Of a stretch of 64,000 bases of DNA, positions 26,740-38,042 are shown one piece after another. This stretch comes from Octopus sinensis. Its lineage: Eukaryota. The notes under the pieces were generated by a model. It was not told where the DNA came from. It did no database searches and saw only the letters and a program-made list of their open reading frames with translations. Each line of letters begins with the position of its first letter. Position 1 is the first letter of the stretch. The DNA is taken from positions 11,656,001-11,720,000 of the forward strand of contig NC_043024.1 in assembly GCF_006345805.1 (NCBI RefSeq), read 5' to 3'. The position numbers and the translations under genes were made by a program.

Positions 26740-26786
26740 AAAATCTGTTACTCTGAGTTTCTCGTTGCCGTTCATCAGACAGTTTT
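26740..26786 (-). ncRNA. Minimal type I hammerhead ribozyme motif (Penelope-associated)
   Basis: AAAACTGT CTGATGA ACG-GCAA-CGA GAAA CTC-A-GAG TA|ACAG ATTTT: intact CUGAUGA/GAAA core, stem I CTGT/ACAG, near-palindromic stem III, GUA site. Confidence 0.7.
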
Positions 26787-27939
26787 TGCTAGAATGGAAC
26801 CGATATATCAATTCAATCTAGACTCTTACAAACGCTACACCTTTAAAAAAAATGGACTTGTTTGATTGGCCCTTTAGAAATAACGGTCAATCTTCGAGCG
26901 ATAAACAAAAAAAGCTCAAAAATATATGTATATATATATAAAAAATTATAAAAATTATAAAATTCAAGGAAAAAACCTTACATTGAATAAAATACATATT
27001 GACGTTAATGAAGAAAGTATAATTAATGCATAGGAATTAAAACCTATTATAAATATTACACTGCAATACATATTTATATTAAAGTGTACATATATATATC
27101 AACATACACAGAAGGAGGCGTGCAAGCGCCATACATATACAGACGTATAAATATAAATCTAAAATATACACATAAATGCATGCGTACATATATGCATGCA
27201 ATCTATCTCGCACGCAAGTTAAAATCATCGATGTAGCGATTCTCATATACTGAGTAAAGCTTAAGTAAGGGGGACGTAAAGTTGTATCAGTATCAGTTAG
27301 AGAAAAAAACGAAAGAAAGGAAGAGAGAGAAAAAGGAAGGAAGAAGGGGGAAGGAAAAAAGAAAAAGGAGGGGTGGGGAAAAAAACGAAATAAGAAAATT
27401 TATGTATACAAGCTGTGTAACCGCATTATTGACATATATGGAGACAAGTATACAAATACACAAGTTCGAATGGATACATACACATACAGTCGTGTATATG
27501 TGTGCTTAAGCACAAACATACGCTCACTTACACATACACAGATACGCATGCTTACAAATACATATCCATGGCTATACACATACTTATATCAAAATTCTAA
27601 TTTTTGACAACATTGCTTTTTTTAAAAAAAGTGAGTGCAATAATAAAAAATATATACGAAAGACATGTAAAATAAAATATAACACCCTATTTTGGATCAT
27701 CTATAAATTAAAAATCAAGGTAATCCTATACAATACAATAATTTGAAATAAACAAAGTCGAAGGTTTTTCCTAATGTATATGTAGAAATATAAGACTTTG
27801 CTATACGGAATGAAATCTGCATAGCGCGAAACAAAATCCATCGTAGCGTTTACATACTAGTTCAAGAGTCAAAATCAAAATTTCAAAAATCAAAAATACA
27901 AAATATATGCTCTATCCACATGGTATATTTATATTCGAC

Positions 27940-28372
27940 ATTTTAAATTTAGTTGCGTGCCTACATAAGTTCATTAGCTCCCTTCTTTGATTCAAAGAAT
28001 TATTGTCTTTGAATAAAATGTACATTTTTTCTAATAGGCAAAGTTTGCATTTAAAATTATTTCTGTATGCTCCATGTCTGTATGGTGCCGCTCTGTCCAG
28101 AATGCTTCATGTCACGTTGAAAGGTGGGGTTTCCTTTTCTTTTAGTTCCCAGACATATTTTGCTAGGCTGGTCCTCTTCCTATTCTCTGGGTATTTAAAT
28201 GAATTTTTATGTGAATAAAATCGTGTTTTAAATGAATTTTCTGAAGCCCCTGTGTATGTCTTGTATTCCGATGAGCCTTCTACTTGCGCCTTGGCTCTAT
28301 AAACTACTCCTTTCACTAGACATTTCCCTTCTAACGGACAGGAGTTTTCGTTTTTGAAATTGCATTTCTTAA
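27940..28372 (-). mobile_element. Penelope-like retroelement GIY-YIG endonuclease remnant
   Basis: CNFKNENSCPLEGKCLVKGVVYRAKA..KTYTGASENSFKTRFYSHKNSF..TSLAKYVWELK..CLLEKMYIL. Confidence 0.85.
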
Positions 28373-30557
28373 TGGGCTCCCTCTGGTATTGCGAGTAGAT
28401 GGCTTCCAGAGGAGAAGAGTAGAAATTACTTCTTTTTCAGCTCTACAACAATGTCCAGCAAACTGGACTCTCCTACCTTTCACAAGAGATGACACAGGTT
28501 GTAGTTTCCCATATATTTGCATTTTGGTTGGATGGTGCTTCCACGAGAGATTTTGAGCTCTCATAAGGAGGCGAGTGTAGGTTCCATCCAACCGCCTCTC
28601 AAGCTTCTTTGATAACGTCCAGGTTTCTGAGCCATATAGTAGAATTGGTTCGACTGTGGCTTTGAATATTTCAAGTTTGAAGTCTCTACTTAGATTTGAT
28701 GACCAGATCTTATGCATGTCATTACAGGCTGACCAGACCATACCCTTTCTAGTTAGAAAGTCTTTTCCAGATGATGATATGTATGACCCAAGATATTTGT
28801 AATCAGAAACCATATTTAAAGGCGCATTGTTGAGAGTGTGGATGATGCAATCACTGTTGGACAGGCACTTATTTATGTATTCCGTTTTGGCCTCATTGAG
28901 GTAAAGACCTACACAATTTGAGGCTTGTTCAAGAGATTGTAAAAGAGACTGGGCATTGGAGAGAGAATCACTGATAAGAGCGATGTCGTCAGCAAAGTCA
29001 GTGTCTGTCAAGTACTCAGCTGGGTGTCTGAAACTTCTTCTTGGTTTTATTTCAAAGCCCTTACCAGAGATGGAATCAACTGACATACGTAGCACATAAT
29101 CAACAACAATGATGAAAAGAAATGGGGCGAGTGTGTCTCCCTGCAGTATTCTGGCTTTGATTGAGAAAGATGATGTTTCTCCGTCAGGAGTTAAAATGGT
29201 TGAAGACGTATCTGTGTAGAGGACCTTGATGGCAGAAATGATTTTGTCTGGTATCCCATAGAGCTTAAGGATTTCAAACATCTTGTACCTATCTACAGAA
29301 TCGAACGCTTTAGAAAAGTATACAAATACGAGGGGCGTTCAATAAGTAATGCCCCTGACCCACTTGCAGTTGTTTGATCTAGCTGATTTACAGGTGTTTG
29401 AACTGAGTCAAGTGTGAAATGGAGCCTGTTGAGTGTCGAGCAGTGATCCGGTTTTTGTATTTGAAAGGACGCACACCACGGGAGACTTTTGATGAAATGA
29501 AAGTAACTTATGGTGATGATGCCCCATCATGTGACCTTGTAAAACGCTGGCATCGTGAATTCAAACATGGTTGGAACTCTGTGGAAACAGCTCCCAGATC
29601 TGGTCGACCCCCTTCTGCCATTGATGAGGCATCTGTCCGTCAAGTTGAGGCTGCCATTTTGGAAGATCGACGCATAACTATTCGCCAAATACCCCATGAG
29701 ATCAAGATTAGTACTGGGTCTGTGGAAACTATCATTCATGACCATATGCATATGCAAAAGGTGTCTGCCAGACGGATTCCTAGGCTGCTCACATCTTTCC
29801 AGAAGCAAGAACGCGTCGAGTGCTCGAGGGTGAATTTGGAAATGTGCCAAGAAGATGGGTCAAAATTTTTCAAAAGACTGATTACACAGGATGAAACCTG
29901 GGTCCATCACTATGATCCATAGACCAAAGCCCAGTCAATGCAGTGGAAACACCGTGACTCACCTCCTCCAAAGAAGGCAAGGGTGCAACCCTCCGCTGGC
30001 AAGGTCATGCTCACAGTCTTCTGGGACCAGGACGGAGTAGTGAGGACAGATTTCCTGGCAGAGGGTACCACAATTACAGGAGCCTATTATGCTTCACTTC
30101 TGAGGAAATTAAGAGAAGCTATCAAAATCAAGAGGTGGGGCAAGATCAGCAAAGGCATCCTCCTCCTGCAGGACAACGCTCCGGTCCACAACTCGCGTGT
30201 CGCCAGATCAGAAGCACAGGCGTGCGGATATGAACTCATCCCCCTACTCTCCTGACCTTGCACCCTCTGATTTTCACCTCTTCCCAGTCATGAAGTTGTT
30301 TTTGAAAGGAAAGCGTTTCCCAGATGATTCAGCCTTGATTTCTGAAGTCACGTTGTGGTTGGAGGACCAAGCTGGGGTCTTCTACAAAAACGGTCTTCTG
30401 AGCTGCATCAAACGATGGCAGAAATGCGTAACTCTGGGTGGTTCCTATGTAGAAAAAGACTAATAACTGTGCCAAGTTTCGTTGCTCTACTCCTATGGGA
30501 AGTGGATCAGGGGCATTACTTATTGAACGCCCCTCGTACCATTGCAAGATCGCGAGT
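28373..30557 (-). mobile_element. RTE LINE RT fragment, split by mariner insertion
   Basis: ORF 28331-29281 (LQGDTLAPFLF, FADD, YLGS); removing the mariner restores TRDLAMVFVYFSKAFD. Confidence 0.9.
29329..30536 (+). mobile_element. Full-length mariner (DD34D) transposon, transposase inactivated
   Basis: ~30-bp TIRs cgaggggcgttcaataagtaatgcccctga, TA TSD, DETWVHHYDP / QDNA / YSPDLAPSD motifs; TAG near 29920 and frameshift near 30245. Confidence 0.95.
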
Positions 30558-31378
30558 AAATGCCCTGATGCGGTACCAGGCAGTGGCTCTCATGGCTTCT
30601 GATCTTAACTGATTGGAAGTGTTATCATGTACATTGTTTTGTCTTGGTATAAAAGATGGGCTACAGCAAATATTCTGCTCAATACCACAGATTTGCTTGT
30701 CAGTTGTTTGACCGTAACCAGTTGAGCATGTCCCTTGATGGCTGACGATATGTGCATCTCTGATCACGAGCAGAAGTAGTGGAGAAGCATCATAGCCATG
30801 TGTTGAGAGGGATTCTTTGGGTTTTGAATAATTCACCTCTGGAAACATGGGTGTTTCGTTCAACATCCTTAAACAAACCTTATTCAGGGACCTTTGAGCA
30901 GGATAGGTTACCCGTCCAGAAGAAAATTCTAACTGGGCCCCACCTGCAAGGTCATGCGCTGTTTATCTTGATATGATATCACCATGTCGTGCACGTATGG
31001 TTGTGATGCATGTGCCTGGTGTACCCTTATCAGACGGGTAGTCATGATGGGTATATTGGGCTTCGTATATTTTACCCCAGTGTCACTTTGATGGCATGCA
31101 CTGCTCTCTCACTCAATAATGATAATAATAAAATGCCCTGATGCAGTACCAGGCAGTGGCTCTCATGGCTTCTGATCTTAACTGATTGCAAGTGTTATCA
31201 TGTACATTGTTTTGTCTTGGTATAAAAGATGGGCTACAGCAAATATTCTGCTCAATACCACAGATTTGCTTGTCAGTTGTTTGACCGTAACCAGTTGAGC
31301 GTGTCCGTTGGTGGCTGACGATATGTGCATCTCTGATCACGAGCAGAAGTAGTGGCTGACGAAATAATGATAGTAATG

Positions 31379-31441
<63 letters not shown>

Positions 31442-31647
31442 GTCCTGATGCAGTACCAGGCAGTGGCTCTCATGGCCTCTGATCTTAACTGATTGGAAGT
31501 GTTATCATGTACATCGTTTTGTCTTGGTATAAAAGATGGGCTACAGCAAATATTCTGCTCAATACCACAGATTTGCTTGTCAGTTGTATGACCTTAACCA
31601 GTTGAGCATGTACCTTAGTGGCTGACGAAATAATGATAATAATGATG

Positions 31648-31692
<45 letters not shown>

Positions 31693-31936
31693 GTCCTGAT
31701 GCAGTACCAGGCAGTGGCTCTCGTGGCTTCTGATCTTAACTGATAGGAAGTGTTATCATGTACATTGTTTTGTCTTGGTATAAAAGATGGGCTACAGCAA
31801 ATATTCTGCTCAATACCACAGATTTGCTTGTCAGTTGTTTGACCGTAACCAGTTGAGCATGTCCATTGGTGGCTGACAATATGTGCATCTCTGATGATGA
31901 GCAGAAGTAGTGGCTGACGAAATAATGATAGTAATG

Positions 31937-31991
<55 letters not shown>

Positions 31992-32650
31992 TAATAATAA
32001 AATGCCCTGATGCAGTACCAGGCAGTGGCTCAAATGGCTTCTGATCTTAACTGATTGGAAGTGTTATCATGTACATTGTTTTGTCTTGGTATAAAAGATG
32101 GGCTACAGCAAATATTCTGCTCAATACCACAGATTTGCTTGTCAGTTGTTTGACCGTAACCAGTTGAGCATGTCCCTTAGTGGCTGACGATATATGCATC
32201 TCTGATCATGAGCAGAAGTAGTGGGGGAGCATCATAGCCGTGTGTTGAGAGGGATTCTTAGAGGTTTGGATAATTCACCTCTGGAAACATGGATGGTTCG
32301 TTCAACATCCTTAAACAAACCTTATTCAGGGACCTTTTGAGCAGGATGTCGGACCTTAACCAGTTGACCATGTCCCTTAGTGGCTGACGATATGTGCATC
32401 TCTGATCACGGGCAGAAGTAGTGGGGGGGGGGCATCATAGCCGTGTGTTGAGAGGGATTCTTAGAGGTTTGGATAATTCACCTCTGGAAACATGGATGGT
32501 TTGTTCAACATCCTTAAACAAACCTTATTCAGGGACCTTTTGAGCAGGATGTCGGACCTTAACCAGTTGACCATGTCCCTTAGTGGCTGACGATATGTGC
32601 ATCTCTGATCACGGGCAGAAGTAGTGGCTGACGAAATAATGATAGTAATG

Positions 32651-32680
<30 letters not shown>
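30558..32680. mobile_element. ~558-bp non-coding (TAA)n-bounded element plus tandem truncated copies
   Basis: aaatgccctgatgc.. starts at 30558, 31131, 31438, ~31688, ~32000; each copy bordered by (TAA)n; another copy near 43946. Confidence 0.8.
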
Positions 32681-32681
<1 letters not shown>

Positions 32682-33311
32682 TCGTTGTTGTTGTTGTTGT
32701 GTTAGAAATGTTGACACAATTCTTTAGAAAGGTTGATATACGATAAGAAAAGCGTGATGCAGTTTGTAAATAGATTGTTTATTCAATGGTTCGAACGATT
32801 TTTAAAACTTTTTGAATCTGAAGAAGACAGACGATCTGTTGAAAATATCGTTCGAACTGTTAAACAAACAATCTCTTGCATATTTGCATTGCATTGCGCT
32901 CTTCTTGTTTTCTGCTATTACTGCATTGCTGACCTGTAGGTTTGTGTCGAACACCTGCTGTCGCATGTGGGATGGTTCCGGCTGTCAACTGAGACCGAGT
33001 AGGAAAGGCTGTGTTTATTAATCCTGGTGGCCAGTGCTGCATTAACCATTTCGCAAAATAAGCACGTGCTTAGGGCATCAAGGGAAGGAAGGGGGGGGGC
33101 ACCACAGAAATGGTAGATGGTTTACGGCACAAAAGAAATCACTTTAAACTTGCTAAAATGATATTCGGGATGCCGTTATCTCTACTGAGTATAGATGCAG
33201 ATGTGTTTACCTGAGATTAATTTTGAGGATCTGATCAAAGACTTTGCAATTCAAAAAATGTAGGAGGAAACTTTTTAAATATAAATAAAGTGGAAGGATA
33301 CAAAAATAGAC

Positions 33312-35185
33312 ATAAGTCACGACTGGTATGGCTAATGCATTGATCGCTTCGATCCTGTTTCTTGCATTCAGCTCTGTCTTGAGTATTACTCTCACTCTTC
33401 GATAGCATTCTCTCCTGATCCTTTCCTTTATCTCTGAATGCCTTATTCCGTTCCCTTCAATTACCCCTAGGTACTTGTAGCTCTCCGCTGGGTCTAATTC
33501 TTTTATGACATTCTGCTGGTCAAGGTTAACGTTAGATGTTTCTGTCATTTTTCCTTTGATAAAGGTAGCTTTTGCACATTTATCGAGGCCGAATTGCATT
33601 CTGATGTCGTCACTGAATCGTTTGACTATCGCTAGTAAGCCCTTGAGTTGTTGGTCATTTTTTGCAAAGAGCTTTAAATCATCCATGTAAATGAGATGAT
33701 TTATATTTTTATCAAACATTTTATACCCGTACTGCGCGTCATTGAGTAATTTTGAGAGAGGTATTAAGGATAAACAAAAGAGGAGTGGTGACAGTGAGTC
33801 ACCCTGGAAAATGCCACATGAAATTTTTACATCACCAGCATTTAGAGATTCATCATCACTGTTCAAAGTTAGTGTGGTTCTCCATGATCTCATACTTACA
33901 GACAAAAAGTTTCGCAGAGTAGGTGCTATCTTATACATTTCCAGGCATTTCTTAATCCAGCTATGTGGTAGGCTATCAAAAGCCTTTTTATAGTCTATCC
34001 AGGCCATTGACAAGTTTTTGTGTCGTTTGTGACAATCTTCTAAGATCATCTTATTGATGAGTAGCTGATCTTTACAACCGTAGGATCCACGTTTACATCC
34101 TTTTTGCTCATTTGGGAATATGCTGCTTTCTATTAAAAAACTATAGGTATATTCCGTCAGGACAGATGTTAGCGTTTTATACATAGCTGTTAAGCAGGTT
34201 ATGGGTCTATAGTTTTTTGGTTCATTTGTTTCTTCGCTTTTTGAAAGCAGGTATGTCAAACCATTGACTAGCCAAGGAGGCATTCTACTAGGGTGTTGTA
34301 AAACATCGTTGTAAAGTTCTGTGAGCAGTTCATGGCTCTCTGGGAAGGCATTCAACCAGAAGTTAGGAATTTTATCCTTTTATGGAGACTTCCATTTGCT
34401 TGACCTGAGAGCAGATCTTATATCTTCTACCTTGACACCCTCCCACTTTCGCTCCTCTAAGGAGTCCAAATTTGTAAATATTCTGTCAATCCAAGGGGCC
34501 TTTTCGTTGTGTGGTTTTTCTTCTGTCCAAATTTTATTCCAAAAATCCCTTCACTTCTTCTTTTGATGGGACAGACTTTACAGTAACTGGTGTTTTCCCT
34601 ATCTTCCTGTAAACATTTTTGTGGTTATTTTTGAACATGTTGTTGTCCTTGAAGAATCTAACACGCTTTTTATACCTCGCTATGCGGGCAGCTTTAGCAC
34701 ATACCTATTTCTTTACTACCCACAAGGGGCTAAACACAGAGAGGACAAACAAGGACAAACAGATTAAGTCGATTATATCGATCCCAGTGCCTAACTGGTA
34801 CTTATTTAATCGACCCCGAAAGGATGAAAGGCAAAGTCAACCTCAGCGGAATTTGAACTCAGAACGTTACAGCAGACGAAATACGGCTACGCATTTCGCC
34901 CGGCGTGCTAACATTTCTGCCAGCTCGCCGTTTCTGCCAGCTTTAGCACATACCTTTTGCTTGATGGTTTCTATGGTGGCATCAATGTCAAGTATGGTTT
35001 TCATATATTTTTTCTTTAATTTTCGGGTTTTTGTAGGTTTGGTAGTCTTGTCAAACTCAAGGTTTTGCAAACATTCAATGTCAGATCTAAGTAGCTTAAT
35101 TTGGCGTTGGATGCGCTCTTGCCAAGAAGGATTTTTGTGGGAATGTTGCCGTTTTCTAATCTTTTCACCAGTTTACTGGTATCCG
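33312..35185 (-). mobile_element. R4/Dong-like RT fragment interrupted by SINE family 2 (34707-34937)
   Basis: WIDYKKAFDSLPH, GIFQGDSLSPLLF, YMDDLKL; 18-bp TSD cagctttagcacatacct at 34689-34706 and 34938-34955. Confidence 0.9.
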
Positions 35186-35461
35186 TATCGGTGTCATGTA
35201 AAAAGCACACCTCGAACGAGGGCAGTGATGTGTGACCGAGACCTTTGGCAATGTACCGTGCTTGAGAAGTCCTGTCGGGCCAAGTGACATTGTAGTCAAG
35301 GCCGGTGCTGGAGTTACATAACTGGCACCCGTGCCGGTGGCACTTAAAAGACACCCAGCACACCCTGTAAAGTGGTTGGCATTTTGGAAGGGTATCCAGC
35401 TGTAGAACCCATGCTAAATCAGATTGGAACCTGGTGGAGCTCCCCAGGTAACTAGTTTTCC

Positions 35462-36250
35462 CTCAAACCTATTTCTTTACTGCCCACAAGGGGCTAAACA
35501 CAGAAGGGACAAACAAGGACAGACAAACGGATTAAGTCGATTATATCGACCCCAGTGCGTAACTGGTACTTATTTAATCGACCCCGAAAGGATAAAAGGC
35601 AAAGACGACCTCGGCGGAATTTGAACTCAGAACGTAGCGGCAGATGAAATACCTATTTCTTTACTACCCACAAGGGGCTAAACACAGAAGGAACAAACAA
35701 GGACAGACAAACGGATTAAGTCAATTTTATCGACCCCAGTGCGTAACTAGTACTTATTTAATCGACCCAGAAAGGATGAAAGGCAAAGTCGACCTCGGCG
35801 GAATTTGAACTCAGAACGTAACGGCAGACGAAATACCTATTTCTTTACTGCCCACAAGGGGCTAAACACAGAAGGGACAAACAAGGACAGACAAACGGAT
35901 TAAGTCGATTATATCGACCCCAGTGCGCAACTGGTACTTATTTAATCGACCCCGAAAGGATAAAAGGCAAAGTCGACCTCGGCGGAATTTGAACTCAGAA
36001 CGTAGCGGCAGATGAAATACCTATTTCTTTACTACCCACAAGGGGCTAAACACAGAAGGAACAAACAAGGACAGACAAACGGATTAAGTCAATTTTATCG
36101 ACCCCAGTGCGTAACTAGTACTTATTTAATCGACCCAGAAAGGATGAAAGGCAAAGTCGACCTCGGCGGAATTTGAACTCAGAACGTAGCGACAGACGAA
36201 ATACTGCTGAGCATTCCCTCCGGCGTGCTAACGATTCTGCCAGCTCGCCA
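35462..36250 (-). mobile_element. SINE family 2 tetramer
   Basis: four ~185-bp bodies with one head near 36250. Confidence 0.85.
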
Positions 36251-37253
36251 CCTTCCTCGGCGAGTTTTCCCTCAAACCGTCCAACCCATGCCAACACAGA
36301 AAGCAGACGTTAAAAATGATGATGGTGATGAGGAGGAGCTGGACGACGATATATATGGCGAGCTGGCAGAAACGTTAGCACGCCGGGCGAAATGCGTAGC
36401 CATATTTCGTCTGCCGCTACGTTCTGAGTTCAAATTCCGCCAAGGGCGACTTTGCCTTTCATCCTTTCGGGCTCGATAAATTAAGTACCAGTTAGGCACT
36501 GGGGTCGATGTAATCGACTTAATCCGTTTGTCTGTCCTTGTTTGTCCCCTCTATGTTTAGCCCCTTGTGGGTAATAAAGAAACAGGTATATATGTATGTA
36601 TGTATAAAAGTATCAATATATGTTTCCTTGGCATATCGTAGAATATGGTCTATTTGTCCTCTGAGACTGTTTCTGTTGTGAGTTCAATCTAGATCTTTTC
36701 CGCTGGTATTTCATATCGTTGGCTTAACATCCAGCGAATGGACCGTAGATTCTTTCTCTTTTAAATGATGACAGAGCAACTAGAGGCAACCAGAGGCAAC
36801 CAGAGGTAACGGAGTTAGCTGTTTCACCCAGTTGCGAAATACTCATCAATGCATTCGGTTACGATACAAAATTTCGATTTGTTTTTCAAGGAAATGCTTT
36901 GACGATGTGGACACGTTGTACTAAGGAATGCTCTGATTCTGTGCCACAATCAAAGATGCTTCTGTCCCAGCTCTGATACCTGTACTTTTTAGCCAGTGCT
37001 CTGATTCCATTCGTTTATTCTCACCTTATTCAGTGTTTTCAAACCTTGGCCAGGTGGATGTTTCATAGCTCTATTTGATTAAAGAAAAATAGGCGCAGGA
37101 GTGGCTGTGTGGTAAGTAGCTTGCTAACCAACCACATGGTTCCGGGTTCAGTCCCACTGCGTGGCATCTTGGGCAAGTGTCTTCTGCTATAGCCCCGGGT
37201 CGACCAATGCCTTGTGAGTGGATTTGGTAGGCGGAAACTGAAAGAAGCCTGTC

Positions 37254-37296
<43 letters not shown>

Positions 37297-37529
37297 GTGT
37301 GTGTGTTGTGTGTTTGTGTGTCTAGCATTGCTTGACAACCGATGCTGGTGTGCTTACGTCCACGTAACTTAGCGGTTCGGCAAAAAGAGACCGATAGAAT
37401 AAGTACTGTGCTTACAAAGAATAAGTCCCGGGGTCGATTTGCTCGACTAAAGGCGGTGCTCCAGCATGGCCGCAGTCAAATGACTGAAACAAGTAAAAGA
37501 GTAAAATAAAATAACCAATTATTAGTTAG

Positions 37530-37720
37530 GACTGAAGGTATCAGAAAATCTTTATTTTATAAATAAAAGTGTATAATTTTATTTCGTTGGAGTTAATTTT
37601 CTTTGGTTCTCCAAGGAAGACCATTTCTGTCAGCCAAGCAACGTCCCTTAATCATCAAACCTTCTTTGTTCTCTCATCCTCCTTAACTGGACCCATTTTT
37701 AAGGTCCTGATGTTACGGAT
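37530..37720 (-). other. Gene B probable terminal exon (AT CCG TAA then 3' UTR)
   Basis: strong acceptor tttttctccttttcatttactgtag|ATCCGTAA; AATAAA at 37578-37583 and 37551-37556; direct splicing from exon 3 gives ...ARHP*, echoing gene A ...QHP*. Confidence 0.55.
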
Positions 37721-37980
37721 CTACAGTAAATGAAAAGGAGAAAAATCAAAAATTAACACAAAAGATAGATTATTGTTAAAAGATTATTAAGGTTGGCAGT
37801 GGGAGCACTGCTTAATTACGGAGTGCTTCATGAGTTCAAATCGTTGTTTAGAGTTTGATAGAAAACAAGACCCAGGTCAGTGACAGACTGTATGAATGAA
37901 AGACAGAGAGAGGAAGAAAGATGCGAGAGACCCAGGGGGAAATGATTGAAATAAAAAGCAATATAGAAGTTAAAACCTAA

Positions 37981-38016
<36 letters not shown>

Positions 38017-38042
38017 GATAATGATAATAATAATAATAATAA

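Noticed and set aside
32812-33021. 69-aa ORF with hydrophobic stretch and CC-x7-C-x8-C tail (conotoxin-like look)
   Set aside because: TTG start, no Met before the hydrophobic segment, no promoter or splice support; a chance pattern is likely.
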